From positions 178,293 to 242,292 of the forward strand of contig CAWAIW010000014.1 of assembly GCA_963782035.1 (NCBI GenBank): a DNA stretch of 64,000 nt. The letters run 5' to 3'. The DNA comes from an uncultured Actinomycetota bacterium (GTDB lineage: Bacteria > Actinomycetota > Actinomycetes > Propionibacteriales > Nocardioidaceae). Of this stretch, positions 41,067 to 51,647 are shown piece by piece. Position 1 is the first letter of the stretch. Each line of letters begins with the position of its first letter. The notes under the pieces were generated by a model. It saw nothing but the letters and a program-made list of their open reading frames with translations. It searched no databases and was not told where the DNA came from. The translations under genes were made by a program, and so were the position numbers.

Positions 41067-42629
41067 CTACGCCGCGACCGCCATCACCACGCGGGCACGT
41101 TCGACGGGGTTCTCCCAGACCTGGCTGGAGCGGTAGAGGCGGAAGCCGGACCAGCACAGGAGCGGGACGGCGAAGAGGAGCGGCAGCCGCCAGTCGGGGA
41201 AGTGGGTCAGGGTGGAGAAGAGCAGCCCCGTGAACGTCGTGGACAGCGCGAGGCGGGCCGAGTAGCCGACCATCACGATCGGGGGCGCCGGGGTGGCGCG
41301 GGCCGACCGCATGTCGACCGGGAACGGCCGCTGGGTCGACCACCGCATCGCCGCGGCGATCACCTGCACGGTGACGACCAGCACCAGCATCACGATGGCG
41401 AGCAGCTCGGCGAGGGTCGGGATGCCGGCGCGCAGGGCGGCCATCGCGACGGTGACCAGCGAGGCCACCAGCACGAACTCGGCCAGCACCAGAGCCCGTG
41501 CGGCGAAGACCTGCCCCGGCCGGGTCGGCAGGTTCTCTCGCCACAACAGGCCGCGGGAGTCCAGGCACCAGGCGTTGACGCCGAACAGCAGGGCGCCACC
41601 GGAGGCGACCAGGCCCGGCAGGATCGTCATGCTCGTCCAGGACATGCTGCCGAGGATCGCCACGATGCCGGGGCCGACGGCGAGCACGGTGATGCCGCGA
41701 CGCATCGGCACCGAACGCCACACCGACGCCCGGTCGAAGGCCACCAGCGTGCCGACCACGGTGCGGGGCAGCTTGCGGACGGCGTACTGGCCGCTCTCGA
41801 CCCGCGCCTCGTCTCGTGACGGGAGCTGGGCGGCGAGGTGGGCAGGTACGGCGCCCACGACGACCGCGACCACGATCACGACCAGCTCGAACGCGATGCC
41901 CGCGACCCAGCCGGCGGAGAAGCCGTGGACGGCCCGGGACACCAGCCACACCGTCGGCAGGTTGTCGAGGAAGTCGATGAGCTTGTCACTGAGCTGGAGG
42001 TAGGCGGCACCGAGGCCGAAGACGGCGACGATGGCGCGGACGACGAGGCGCCCGTGCCGCCGGCGACGGATCGCCTCCATGGTCCAGGCCACGACCTGCG
42101 CGGCCGAGGTCGAGACGACCAGCCACAGCAGGATCGCGACGAGGGCGGCGGGCAGTCGGGAGGCGGGCAGCGCGTAGGCCGCGCTGCCCAGCAGCGCCCA
42201 CGACTGCAGCAGCCAGGCGATGTTGAGCGGCGCCATCAGCAGGGCGCCGAGGTGGTCGGTGGTCGGGCTGACCGGGAAGGCGACACCCTGGTCGCGGTTG
42301 AGCAGCTCGCGACCGCCGCCCGACGCGACGCCGGAGACGACGTTGAGCAGCAGGAACGCCGCGAACGCGGTCGGCATGACCAGCAGGACGTCGTCGGCCC
42401 GGTCGTCCGGCAGCAGCATCGGCAGCGTGCACGCGGCGACGGTGATGCCGACGAAGACGCCGATCGCGATCCGCATCGCGCGGCGGCGGCGCACGGTGCC
42501 GACCCGGAACCGGACCAGGTGCCCGACGTCGATGACCGCGCGACGCGCGGCGGACGGGCTGGCCGGGTGGTGCGTCGCGGTGGCCGTGGCCGTCGTCGTC
42601 GAGCTAGTCGAGGAGAGCCCGGTAGGCAC
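41067..42629 (-). CDS. ABC exporter membrane subunit
   Basis: Polytopic hydrophobic protein overlapping the ATPase 3' end; start approximate. Confidence 0.75.
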   Translation of the reverse strand: MPTGLSSTSSTTTATATATHHPASPSAARRAVIDVGHLVRFRVGTVRRRRAMRIAIGVFVGITVAACTLPMLLPDDRADDVLLVMPTAFAAFLLLNVVSGVASGGGRELLNRDQGVAFPVSPTTDHLGALLMAPLNIAWLLQSWALLGSAAYALPASRLPAALVAILLWLVVSTSAAQVVAWTMEAIRRRRHGRLVVRAIVAVFGLGAAYLQLSDKLIDFLDNLPTVWLVSRAVHGFSAGWVAGIAFELVVIVVAVVVGAVPAHLAAQLPSRDEARVESGQYAVRKLPRTVVGTLVAFDRASVWRSVPMRRGITVLAVGPGIVAILGSMSWTSMTILPGLVASGGALLFGVNAWCLDSRGLLWRENLPTRPGQVFAARALVLAEFVLVASLVTVAMAALRAGIPTLAELLAIVMLVLVVTVQVIAAAMRWSTQRPFPVDMRSARATPAPPIVMVGYSARLALSTTFTGLLFSTLTHFPDWRLPLLFAVPLLCWSGFRLYRSSQVWENPVERARVVMAVAA

Positions 42630-43311
42630 GCGCCCCCTCCTCCCCCGCCATCTCGGCGGAGCCGACGGTGGCCACGCGCGCGCCGCCGCGGAGGACGAGC
42701 ACGTCGGTGCACGCCTGGATGGCGAGCTCGCGCAGGTGGGTGGAGACGAGGATGCAGGCGCCACGGGCGCGAGCGTCGGCGATCACGTCCATGGTCGCCT
42801 CGACGCCGATCGGGTCGACGCCGTCGAAGGGCTCGTCGAGGAGCAGCAGCCGCGGCTCGTGCAGCGCCGCCAGTACGACGCTGAGCCGGCGGCCCATGCC
42901 GTGACTGAAGCCGCCGGTGATCCGGTGCGCGACGCCGCCGAGCTCGAAGCGCTCGAGCAGGTCGCGGGCCCGGTCCTCCCAGCCGTCGAGCCGGCGCAGC
43001 TTCGCCGAGAGCTGGAGGTGCTCCCACGGGGTGGCCCGGGGTACCAGTCCGCCGACGTCGGGGCAGTACCCGCTGATCTGCTTGATCGCCAGGGTGTGCT
43101 GCCGGATGTCCAGCCCGTCCACGGTCACGCTGCCCGCGCTGGGAGGCACGATGCCCGCGAGCACCCGCATCGTCGTGGACTTGCCCGCTCCGTTGCGGCC
43201 GAGGAGGGCGGTGGCCTGGCCGGCGTGGGCCTGCACGTCGATGCCGGCCACCGCCTCCACCTCGCCGAAGCGCACGTGAAGACCGCGGATGTCGACGACC
43301 GGCTGGCTCAC
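42604..43311 (-). CDS. ABC transporter ATP-binding protein
   Basis: GRNGAGKST, FSHGM, LLDEP. Confidence 0.9.
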   Translation of the reverse strand: MSQPVVDIRGLHVRFGEVEAVAGIDVQAHAGQATALLGRNGAGKSTTMRVLAGIVPPSAGSVTVDGLDIRQHTLAIKQISGYCPDVGGLVPRATPWEHLQLSAKLRRLDGWEDRARDLLERFELGGVAHRITGGFSHGMGRRLSVVLAALHEPRLLLLDEPFDGVDPIGVEATMDVIADARARGACILVSTHLRELAIQACTDVLVLRGGARVATVGSAEMAGEEGARAYRALLD

Positions 43312-43376
43312 CCGGAGAATTCTGCCGGGGAAAGCCCGATCGGTCGCGGTTTCCCGCGAAGTCGGCCTCCGCAGGC

Positions 43377-43787
43377 TCAGCGCTCGGCGACCAAGGTGTT
43401 GTGCGAGGCGACCATCCGCCACTCGCCGTCGCGCTGGACCAGGACCGAGGTCGAGGTGGCCCGGTGGGTCCCGGCCAGCGGGCCGGCGGGCACCTGGAGG
43501 GTGTGCCGCGAGGTGGCGACGACCGCGCCCCCGGCGTACCTGGCCTCGACCAGCTCCATCCGGTTCGTGCTGCCGGCGTAGATCGAGGCGAAGATGCCGG
43601 CGTGTCCGGCCCCGATGGCGGTGGCGCCGACGTGCAGCTCGCCGCGGACGTTCACGAACGACGCGTCGTCGGTGAATCGGGCGCCGAAGGCGGCGCCGTC
43701 GCCGCGGTTCCACGCGTCCTCGAGGCGGGCCAGCATCTCGCGGGCGGCGACGTCGGGGGCGATGACGGGGGTGGTGGTGACGGTCAT
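43377..43787 (-). CDS. SnoaL/NTF2-like protein
   Basis: AWNRGD, FTDDASFV, WRMVASHNT. Confidence 0.8.
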   Translation of the reverse strand: MTVTTTPVIAPDVAAREMLARLEDAWNRGDGAAFGARFTDDASFVNVRGELHVGATAIGAGHAGIFASIYAGSTNRMELVEARYAGGAVVATSRHTLQVPAGPLAGTHRATSTSVLVQRDGEWRMVASHNTLVAER

Positions 43788-43816
43788 GAGGAACTCCTTG
43801 AGTGAGTGTTACTTGT

Positions 43817-43839
43817 TTGATTGAGCGATACTCAGTCAA
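43817..43839. promoter_or_regulatory. Putative TetR operator between divergent genes
   Basis: TTGATTGAG-N5-CTCAGTCAA in AT-rich spacer. Confidence 0.55.
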
Positions 43840-43874
43840 TATAGCGTCGGTCAACCAACCTGTACAGTGGCGGG

Positions 43875-44501
43875 ATGCCGGAGACTCCGACCTCGCGTCC
43901 CTACCGCTCGGCGCTCCGCGAGGAGCAGGCCGACCGGACGAGGTCCCTGATCGCCCAGGCGGCCCGCGCGCGCTTCCTCGAGTCCGGTTGGGCGCGCACC
44001 AGCGTCCGCTCCGTCGCGGCGGCCGCCGGGGTCTCGGAGGCGACGGTGTACGCCGTCTACGGCAGCAAGGCGGGCCTCGCCTCCTCCCTCATCGACGAGG
44101 GCGACGCGCGGGCGGGTGTGGATCGGGTGATGGCCGAGCTCGAGGCCGGCGCCGGCGACCCGGCGGCGCAGCTCCGGGCATTCGTGGGCTACGACCGTCG
44201 CCTCTTCGAGCGGCACGGCGACGTGCTCCGCGTCCTCATCGAGGGCCGGCGGCAGGAGCCGGACCTCGAGGCGGCGTACGTCGACGGTCGCGGTCGCGGC
44301 GACTCCCAGCGGCGGGCGGTCTTCGCCGGCTGGCCGAAGAAGGCCTGGCGACGGGGCGTCGACCTCCAGCAGGCGCTGGACGTCTACTCCTTCACCTGCT
44401 CGATGGAGGCCTTCGACATCGCCACCGCCGAGCGTGGGTGGACTCCCGACGAGGTCGAGCGGTGGTGGGGAGACACCCTGGCTGCGCGCCTGTTGGCGTG
44501 A
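43875..44501 (+). CDS. TetR-family regulator
   Basis: VAAAAGVSEATVYAVYGSK. Confidence 0.9.
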   Translation: MPETPTSRPYRSALREEQADRTRSLIAQAARARFLESGWARTSVRSVAAAAGVSEATVYAVYGSKAGLASSLIDEGDARAGVDRVMAELEAGAGDPAAQLRAFVGYDRRLFERHGDVLRVLIEGRRQEPDLEAAYVDGRGRGDSQRRAVFAGWPKKAWRRGVDLQQALDVYSFTCSMEAFDIATAERGWTPDEVERWWGDTLAARLLA

Positions 44502-44607
44502 CCCGGCATCGGGCGGCGACGCCCGCGACCCGGTCGATGGTGCCGGCGAGCACGACGGCGACGAACACACCGTTAGGCTCCGCACGCCGAGACGACAGGG
44601 AGTACCG

Positions 44608-44907
44608 ATGACCGCGAGCCGTTCTGCCCGCGCGCGGAAGGCGGCCGCCGAGGCCGGCCCACTCGCGAGGGTCAAGATCGACGTCGACCAGCAGGACCAG
44701 CTCGTCTACAAGATCAGCTGCTCGGAGTGCGTCGCCCGCGGCCATCGCTCCTGGTCGGCCTACCGGATCGGCGGCGACAACGGCTTCATCGCGGCCATGG
44801 ACCGCTGGGTCTTCCACCTGAACGAGCGCCACCCGGGTGCGGAGGCGCCGTGCCTGGCGTTCCTGCCGGCCGCCCAGCAGCGCCTGCAGGAGCGACGCGA
44901 GCGGTAG
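44608..44907 (+). CDS. Small hypothetical protein, possible Zn binder
   Basis: RBS GGGAG; CSEC..H..HLNERH..C; strong GC3. Confidence 0.7.
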   Translation: MTASRSARARKAAAEAGPLARVKIDVDQQDQLVYKISCSECVARGHRSWSAYRIGGDNGFIAAMDRWVFHLNERHPGAEAPCLAFLPAAQQRLQERRER

Positions 44908-44994
44908 GGATCCCCGGTGGACCGGGGATCCCTTCACTTGTGACCCTGGCGCGCGGTCGCGGGGCACTGATCGCAGCCCGCGCGGGTCACAAGT
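44907..44994. repeat. Family C element
   Basis: GGGATCCCCGGT-GG-ACCGGGGATCCC hairpin then ACTTGTGACCC...GGGTCACAAGT. Confidence 0.8.
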
Positions 44995-45027
44995 TGCGGA
45001 CGCGGTCACCGCAAGGCGCCGGCGGCC

Positions 45028-47268
45028 TCAGGCGGGGAAGGTACCCCCCGAGGCGGCGAGGTCCCGCAGGTACGCCGTCGGCCGGAACCGCTCGCCGTAC
45101 GTCTCGGCCAGCTCCTCGGCGCGCTTCACGAACGCCTGGAGCCCGATGTCGCCGGACTGGCCCTCTCCTCGGGCCTCGTAGCCGGTCATGAACTGCGCCG
45201 CGCCACCCGTGTTGGGCGGGAACCCGATGCCCATGATCGAGCCGATGTTGGCCGCGGCGGCCGAGGTGAGCACGCCCTCCTCGAAGCACTTGGCGGTCTC
45301 GAGGGCCTCGAGGACGAGCATCCGGTCCTTGACGTCCTGGAAGGGGATCGGCTCCGAGGCCGTCGGGTACTCCGCGGTGAGGCCCTGCCAGATGCCGGCG
45401 CGGCTGCCGTTCTCGTCGTACTCGTAGAAGCCCGCACCCTTGAGCCGCGACGGGCGGCCGATCTCGACCATGTGCTTCACGACGGCGCTGCCCGGGTGCT
45501 CGGTGTGGTCGAGCCCGTCGCGCTCGGCGGCGTCGGCGGTCGCCTTGCCGATCTTGAGCATCAGCTCCATGTTCAGCTCGTCGGAGAGCTGGAGGGGGCC
45601 GACGGGGTACCCCGCCTGCGTCGCGGCCCGCTCGAGCGAGACCGGGTGCACGCCCTCGGCCAGCATGGCCAGGCCCTCGTTGACCATGAACCCGATGACG
45701 CGCGAGGTGTAGAAGCCGCGGCTGTCGTTGACGACGATCGGTGTCTTGCGGATCTGCTGCACGACGTCGTACGCCTTGGCCAGCGCGGCGTCCGAGGTCT
45801 CCTTGCCCTTGATGATCTCGACGAGCGGCATCTTGTCGACGGGGCTGAAGAAGTGCAGGCCGATGAAGTCGGCCGGCCGGTCCACGCCGGTGGCCAGCTC
45901 GGTGATCGGCAGCGTCGAGGTGTTGGAGCACAGCAGCGCGTCGGCGTTGACGTACGGCGCCACCTCGGCGAAGACCTGGTGCTTCAGGCTCGGGTCCTCG
46001 AAGACCGCCTCGATGACCAGGTCGCAGCCCTCCAGGTCGGCCGGGTCGGCGGTCGGCGTGATCCGCGCGAGCAGCTCGGCCTTCTTCTCCTCGGTGGACT
46101 TCCCCCGCGAGATGGCCTTGTCGAGCAGCTTCTCGGAGTACGCCTTGCCGCGCGCGGCCGACTCGGCCGAGACGTCCTTCAGCACGACCTCCATGCCGGA
46201 GCGGGCACAGGAGTAGGCGATGCCGGCCCCCATCATCCCGGCGCCGAGCACCGCGACCTTCGTGGCCTTGAACGTCTCCGTCGTGTCAGGGCCCTGGGGT
46301 CGCAGCTTGCCGGCGTTGATCGCCTGGAGGTCGAAGAAGAACGCCTGGATCATGTTCTTGGAGTTCTGCCCGACGATCAGGCTGACGAGGTACCGGGACT
46401 CGATGCGCGACGCCGTGTCGAAGTCGACCATCGCCCCCTCGACCGAGGCCGACAGGATCGCCCGCTGCGCGGGATAGTCCGCGCCCTTGGTCTGCTGGCG
46501 CAGCAGCGCCGGGAAGGCGGGCAGGAAGGCGGCGAGGGCCGGCGACTTCGGCGTACCTCCCGGCATCTTGTAGCCGGGCCGGTCCCAGGGGTTCTGGGCG
46601 GCATCGGCGTCGTCGCGGTGCTCGAGGACCCACGCCTTGGCCGCAGGTACGAGCTCGTCGCCGGTGGCGACCACCTGGTGCACCAGGCCCTTCTTCAGCG
46701 CGTCGGCCGGCTTGAAGCGGGTGCCCTGGAGGAGGACGTCCATCAGCGCGGACTGGATGCCGAGCATCCGGGTCACACGGGTCACCCCGCCGCCGCCGGG
46801 CAGCAGGCCGAGGGACGCCTCGGGCAGGCCGACCTCCGCCTTCGGGTCGTCGACGACGACGCGGTGGTTGCAGGCGAGCGTGATCTCGTACCCGCCGCCG
46901 AGCGCCGCCCCGTTGATCGCGGCCGCGACCGGCTTGGGCAGCCGCTCCAGGCGGCGAAGGTCGGCCTTCATGCCCTCGATCTCGGCGAAGAGCCGAGGTG
47001 CGTCCTCGGGCTTGGCCTGGATCATCAGGGACAGGTTGCCGCCGGCGAAGAAGGTCTTCTTGGCGCTGGTGACCACGACGCCGGTGACGGACTCGGGGTC
47101 CGCGGCCAGCTCGTCGTACAGCCGGTCGACCGCGGCGTGCATGCCGTCGCGGTAGGCCTCGTTCATGGTGTTGGCGCTGGCGTTCGGGTCGTCCAGCGTC
47201 AGGGTGACGATGCCGTCGGCGTCCTTGTCGTAGCGGACGGCGCTGGCGGCTGTGGTCTCGGTGGTCAT
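45028..47268 (-). CDS. fadB: Multifunctional enoyl-CoA hydratase/3-hydroxyacyl-CoA dehydrogenase
   Basis: [32 protein letters not shown]. Confidence 0.9.
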   Translation of the reverse strand: MTTETTAASAVRYDKDADGIVTLTLDDPNASANTMNEAYRDGMHAAVDRLYDELAADPESVTGVVVTSAKKTFFAGGNLSLMIQAKPEDAPRLFAEIEGMKADLRRLERLPKPVAAAINGAALGGGYEITLACNHRVVVDDPKAEVGLPEASLGLLPGGGGVTRVTRMLGIQSALMDVLLQGTRFKPADALKKGLVHQVVATGDELVPAAKAWVLEHRDDADAAQNPWDRPGYKMPGGTPKSPALAAFLPAFPALLRQQTKGADYPAQRAILSASVEGAMVDFDTASRIESRYLVSLIVGQNSKNMIQAFFFDLQAINAGKLRPQGPDTTETFKATKVAVLGAGMMGAGIAYSCARSGMEVVLKDVSAESAARGKAYSEKLLDKAISRGKSTEEKKAELLARITPTADPADLEGCDLVIEAVFEDPSLKHQVFAEVAPYVNADALLCSNTSTLPITELATGVDRPADFIGLHFFSPVDKMPLVEIIKGKETSDAALAKAYDVVQQIRKTPIVVNDSRGFYTSRVIGFMVNEGLAMLAEGVHPVSLERAATQAGYPVGPLQLSDELNMELMLKIGKATADAAERDGLDHTEHPGSAVVKHMVEIGRPSRLKGAGFYEYDENGSRAGIWQGLTAEYPTASEPIPFQDVKDRMLVLEALETAKCFEEGVLTSAAAANIGSIMGIGFPPNTGGAAQFMTGYEARGEGQSGDIGLQAFVKRAEELAETYGERFRPTAYLRDLAASGGTFPA

Positions 47269-47285
47269 GGCTTCCTATCGGTGCA

Positions 47286-47325
47286 GGGGTTTCGTGACAG
47301 GCGCTGGCGCGCCCTCAGCCAGCGG
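47286..47325 (+). repeat. Family A monomer (decayed), between fadA and fadB
   Basis: GGTTTCGTGAC-AGGCGC-TGGC-GCGCC-CTCAGCCAGCGG. Confidence 0.75.
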
Positions 47326-47331
47326 AGAAGC

Positions 47332-48555
47332 TCAGACGACTTCCACGATCGTGGCGATCCCCATACCTCCGCCGACGCAGAGCGTGGCGAGGCCGCGACG
47401 CAGGTCGCGGCGGTGCAGCTCGTCGACGAGCGTGCCGAGGATCATCGCGCCGGTGGCGCCGAGCGGGTGACCCATGGCGATGGCGCCGCCGTTGACGTTG
47501 GTGACCTCGTGGGTGATGCCCATGTCCTTCATGAAGCGCATGGCGACGGCGGCGAACGCCTCGTTCATCTCCCACAGGTCGATGTCGCCGACCTCCAGCC
47601 CGGCCTTGGCCAGCGCCTTGCGGGCCGCCGGCGCCGGACCGGTCAGCATGATCGTGGGGTCGGCGCCGGAGACGGCGACCGAGACGATGCGCGCGCGGGG
47701 CGTGAGACCCAGCTCGTGACCGACCTGCTCGGACCCGATGGCCATGATCGCGGCGCCGTCGACGATGCCGGAGGAGTTGCCGGCGTGGTGGACGTGGTCG
47801 ATCTTCTCGACCCAGTGGTACTTCTCCAGGGCCACGTCGTCGAAGCCGGCGTCGCGGCCGATGTCGGCGAAGGACGGCTTGAGGGCGGCCAGCCCCTCGG
47901 GGCTCGTGTCGGGGCGGATCAGCTCGTCGTGGTCGAGAACGGTGACGCCGTTGATGTCGCGGACGGGCACGACGGCGTCCGCGAAGTAGCCGTTGGCCCA
48001 GGCCTTCGCCGCGCGGTGGTGGGACTCCGCGGCGTACGCGTCCACGTCGGAGCGGGTCCAGCCCTCCAGCGTGGCGATCAGGTCGGCGCCGATGCCCTGG
48101 GGCACGAAGCCGGTGGTGAGTGCGGTGGCCGGGTCGGCCGCCCAGGCGCCGCCGTCGGAGCCCATCGGCACCCGGCTCATCGACTCCACGCCACCGGCCA
48201 GGATGAGGTCCTCGAAGCCGGAGCGCACGCGCGCCGCCGCCTGGTTGACGGCCTCGAGGCCGCTGGCGCAGAAGCGGTTGAGCTGCACGCCGGCCACGGT
48301 CTCGGGGAAGCCGGACGCCAGCGCCGCGGTCTTGGCGATGTCCCCGCCCTGCTCGCCGAGCGGCGAGACGACGCCGAGCACGATGTCGTCGACGCGGCCC
48401 GGGTCCAGGCTCGGGTTGCGCTCCTTGAGCTCGTCGAGGACTCCGACGATCAGGTCGATCGGCTTCACCTCGTGGAGCGAGCCGACGGCCTTGCCCTTCC
48501 CGCGCGGCGTCCGGAGGTGGTCGTACACGAATGCTTCGGCACGTGCGGTCGTCAT
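47332..48555 (-). CDS. fadA: Acetyl-CoA acyltransferase (thiolase)
   Basis: [24 protein letters not shown]. Confidence 0.9.
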   Translation of the reverse strand: MTTARAEAFVYDHLRTPRGKGKAVGSLHEVKPIDLIVGVLDELKERNPSLDPGRVDDIVLGVVSPLGEQGGDIAKTAALASGFPETVAGVQLNRFCASGLEAVNQAAARVRSGFEDLILAGGVESMSRVPMGSDGGAWAADPATALTTGFVPQGIGADLIATLEGWTRSDVDAYAAESHHRAAKAWANGYFADAVVPVRDINGVTVLDHDELIRPDTSPEGLAALKPSFADIGRDAGFDDVALEKYHWVEKIDHVHHAGNSSGIVDGAAIMAIGSEQVGHELGLTPRARIVSVAVSGADPTIMLTGPAPAARKALAKAGLEVGDIDLWEMNEAFAAVAMRFMKDMGITHEVTNVNGGAIAMGHPLGATGAMILGTLVDELHRRDLRRGLATLCVGGGMGIATIVEVV

Positions 48556-48566
48556 GGTGCCGATTG

Positions 48567-48583
48567 TGACACTCTTACTGTCA
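48567..48583. promoter_or_regulatory. Putative operator between fadA and MerR-type gene
   Basis: TGACA-N7-TGTCA in a 27-bp divergent spacer. Confidence 0.45.
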
Positions 48584-49317
48584 TGGTGGTCGAGGAGAGC
48601 GCTGTGGATGCGGTCACACTGCTCACCCTGGACGAGCTCACCGACCGGGTCGGGATGAGCGTGCGCAACGTGCGGTTCTACACCTCGCGCGGCCTGGTGC
48701 CGCCGCCGATCCGGCGCGGCCGCTCGGGCTACTACGCCGCCGACCACGTGGCCCGCCTGGAGCTGGTCCAGGAGCTGCAGAGCCACGGGTTCACGCTGGC
48801 CGCGATCGAGCGGTACGTCGCGGGCATCCCCGCCACCGCGACGCCCGAGGACATCGCGCTGCACCGCACGATGCTGGCGCCCTGGCAGAGCGAGCCGCCC
48901 CTCCAGCTGACGAAGGCCGACCTCGACCGCCGCGCCGGCCGCACGCTCGGACCCGACGACCTGGCCGTGCTGGCCACGCTCGGCATCGCCGCCCCGATCG
49001 GGCACGGCCGCTACCGGGTGGCCGTCGGTCACCTCTCGGTGGGCATCGGCCTGCTCGACCTCGGCTTCCCGCCGGAGGCCGCCCAGGCGACGGCGGAGGT
49101 GTACGCCGCCCACGGGCGCGCGATCGCCGAGGAGCTCTACGCGGTGTTCAAGAAGCTCGTGTGGCCGGCGTACAAGGAGTCCGGCGCTCCCCCGCAGGCG
49201 TTGCAAGAGGTGTTGGAGCGGCTGAAGCCGCTCTCGGTGGCCTCACTGGTCACGGCCTACGAGGTCGCCATGGACGAGGCCAAGCGCGAGGGCATCGCGC
49301 GACGCACCGAGGGTTAG
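48583..49317 (+). CDS. MerR-family regulator
   Basis: [23 protein letters not shown]; start approximate. Confidence 0.85.
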   Translation: MVVEESAVDAVTLLTLDELTDRVGMSVRNVRFYTSRGLVPPPIRRGRSGYYAADHVARLELVQELQSHGFTLAAIERYVAGIPATATPEDIALHRTMLAPWQSEPPLQLTKADLDRRAGRTLGPDDLAVLATLGIAAPIGHGRYRVAVGHLSVGIGLLDLGFPPEAAQATAEVYAAHGRAIAEELYAVFKKLVWPAYKESGAPPQALQEVLERLKPLSVASLVTAYEVAMDEAKREGIARRTEG

Positions 49318-49379
49318 ACAGACGCGAGCCCCGGGCGACATGGGCCGACGCCTCCCGGGGCACGCAGTTCAGGGTGGGG

Positions 49380-49574
49380 CTAGCTCTTGAAGGCGTCCTT
49401 GACGTCGTCGACGGCGTCCTTGACGTGCTCGCCGGCCTGCTTGGCGTTGGCCTCCGCCTGGTCACCGCGACCCTCGGCCTCGAGGCTCTCGTTGTCGGTC
49501 TTGTCGCCGACCTCTTCCTTGACCTTGCCCGTGGCCTCTTCAGCCTTGTTCTGGATCTTGTCGTCGAACCCCAT
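49380..49574 (-). CDS. CsbD-family stress protein
   Basis: GKVKEEVG..EAEG..Q; RBS AGGAGG. Confidence 0.85.
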   Translation of the reverse strand: MGFDDKIQNKAEEATGKVKEEVGDKTDNESLEAEGRGDQAEANAKQAGEHVKDAVDDVKDAFKS

Positions 49575-49657
49575 GGTTCTCCTCCTGGGTAGTCGGTCCC
49601 TCCACACTCCCAGCGGCGGGGAGATGACGGTCCACCCCCCAGGGTGACGCCGGACGC

Positions 49658-49755
49658 TCGTTGAGTTGGCCCTCCGGGTGGTTCGAGTTGGCCCTTGCGG
49701 TCGCGCTCGGAATCGCTACGGCCAACTCGTCCAACCACAAGAGCCAAGTCAACGA
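49658..49755. repeat. Nested inverted-repeat element (GAGTTGGCC), family-B-like
   Basis: TCGTTGAGTTGGC...GCCAAGTCAACGA outer, CGAGTTGGCC...GGCCAACTCG inner. Confidence 0.65.
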
Positions 49756-49761
49756 CGGGGG

Positions 49762-50910
49762 CTAGGACTGGTGAGCGGCGCCGGACGCGATGAGGGCGTC
49801 GACGTCGTCGATGCCCCAGGCGGTCAGGGCCGAGCGGGTGTCCTGCCCGGTGCGTGCGGGAGGTGGGCTGCCCAGGGTGGCGGGAGTGCCGGAGAAGCGC
49901 GGTGCCGGGGCGGGCTCCTGGCCGATGCCCCGGTCGGCGTACGTCGCCCGCTCGGCGAGGTGGGGGTGCTCGGCCGCCTCGGCCATCGTCAGCACGGGTG
50001 CGGCGCAGGCGTCCGTTCCGTCGAAGACCTCGGTCCACTCCGCGAGCGTGCGCCCACGCACCGTCTCGGCGATCAGCTCGCGAAGAGCCGGCCACTGGGC
50101 GGGGTCGTCGCGGTCGGGCGCCCGGCCCCGGATGCCGAGCCCGTCCACGAGCGCCTCGTAGAACTGCGGCTCCAGGGCGCCGATCGCCAGGTGCCGGCCG
50201 TCCGCGGTCTCGTACACGTCGTAGTACGGCGCGCCGCCGCCGAGCAGGTTGGTGGCGCGGCGGTCCTGCGCGAGGCCGGCGGTGAGGTGCCCGGCGTACA
50301 TGGCGTTGAGGTGGGCGACCCCGTCGACGATCGCCGCGTCGACGACCTGGCCCCGGCCGGACGTCCGCGCGTGCAGGAGGGCGGCCAGGATGCCGGCGAC
50401 GAGGTAGGTCGATCCGCCGCCGAAGTCACCCAGGAGGTTGGCCGGGAACTGCGGTCGGGCGGGGTCCTGGCCGAGGCCGTAGAGGGCGCCGGCGACGGCG
50501 AGGTACGTGAGGTCGTGGCCGGCGGTCTGCGCCAGCGGGCCGCCTTGGCCCCAGCCGGTCATCCGCCCGTAGACCAGCCGCGGGTTCCGTGCGAGGCAGT
50601 CGTCGGGGCCGAGGCCGAGCCGCTCGGTGACGCCGGGTCGCAGCCCCTCGACGAGGACGTCGGCGGACTCGACGAGCCGGAGGACCGTCGCGACCGCGTC
50701 CGGGTGCTTGAGGTCGAGGGCGACGTTGGGCCGGCCCCGGGTGAGGTAGTCGTGGGGACCGCCGGCCCCGAACTGGCCGCCCGGGCGGTCGACCCGGATC
50801 ACGTCGGCCCCGAGGTCGGCCAGCAGCATGCACGCGTGCGGGCCCGGTCCGATGCCGGCCAGCTCGACGACGCGGACGCCGCCCAATGGTCCGGTCAGCG
50901 GTCCCGTCAC
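49762..50910 (-). CDS. CaiB/BaiF CoA-transferase / alpha-methylacyl-CoA racemase
   Basis: ELAGIGPGP, LADLGADV, GHDLTY, DFGGG. Confidence 0.9.
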   Translation of the reverse strand: MTGPLTGPLGGVRVVELAGIGPGPHACMLLADLGADVIRVDRPGGQFGAGGPHDYLTRGRPNVALDLKHPDAVATVLRLVESADVLVEGLRPGVTERLGLGPDDCLARNPRLVYGRMTGWGQGGPLAQTAGHDLTYLAVAGALYGLGQDPARPQFPANLLGDFGGGSTYLVAGILAALLHARTSGRGQVVDAAIVDGVAHLNAMYAGHLTAGLAQDRRATNLLGGGAPYYDVYETADGRHLAIGALEPQFYEALVDGLGIRGRAPDRDDPAQWPALRELIAETVRGRTLAEWTEVFDGTDACAAPVLTMAEAAEHPHLAERATYADRGIGQEPAPAPRFSGTPATLGSPPPARTGQDTRSALTAWGIDDVDALIASGAAHQS

Positions 50911-51647
50911 GGCTGGAGCACCCGCCGCAGGAACTGGCGGGTGCGCTCCTCGCGGGGGTTCCCGAAGATCTCGGCGGGCGGGCCCTGCTCGAGGATCGCG
51001 CCGTCGTGGAGGAAGCAGACCTTGGTCGCGACGTCGCGCGCGAAGGTCATCTCGTGCGTGGCGAGCACCATCGTCGTCCCTTCCCCCGCCAGCTTCCGCA
51101 TGATCTCCAGGACCTCGCCGGTCAGCTCCGGGTCGAGGGCGGCGGTGACCTCGTCCAGGAGCAGCAGGGCGGGACCTGTCGCCAGCGCGCGCGCCATCGC
51201 GACCCGCTGCTGCTGGCCGCCGGAGAGCCGGTCGGGGTGCTCGTCGGCCTTCTCGGCCAGCCCGAACGACGCCAGCAGCTCCCGCGCCCTGGCCTCCGCG
51301 GCCGCCCGGTCCACCCCGTGCACCTTGCGCGGCGCGAGGGTCAGGTTGTCCAGCACCGAGAGGTGCGGGAAGAGGTTGTAGGCCTGGAAGACGATGCCCA
51401 TCCGGCGACGTACGGCGCGGGCGTCCACGCGCGGGTCCGAGATGTCCTCGCCCTCGAAGAAGATCGCGCCGTCGTCGATGTCCTCGAGCAGGTCCAGGCA
51501 GCGCAGCAACGTCGACTTGCCCGAGCCCGACGAGCCGATCAGGCAGACCACGTCGTGCTTCTCCACGACCAGGTCGATGTCGCGGAGCACCACCTTGTCG
51601 CCGTAGGCCTTGCGGAGGTTCTCGGTGCGCAGCACGGGTTCGGTCAT
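50907..51647 (-). CDS. Polar amino-acid ABC transporter ATPase
   Basis: GSSGSGKST, LSGGQQQR, LDEVTAALDPE. Confidence 0.9.
   Translation of the reverse strand: MTEPVLRTENLRKAYGDKVVLRDIDLVVEKHDVVCLIGSSGSGKSTLLRCLDLLEDIDDGAIFFEGEDISDPRVDARAVRRRMGIVFQAYNLFPHLSVLDNLTLAPRKVHGVDRAAAEARARELLASFGLAEKADEHPDRLSGGQQQRVAMARALATGPALLLLDEVTAALDPELTGEVLEIMRKLAGEGTTMVLATHEMTFARDVATKVCFLHDGAILEQGPPAEIFGNPREERTRQFLRRVLQP

Noticed and set aside
41811-41823. GTCTCGTGACGGG partial match to family A
   Set aside because: No inner hairpin or TCCTCGACC half; likely chance.
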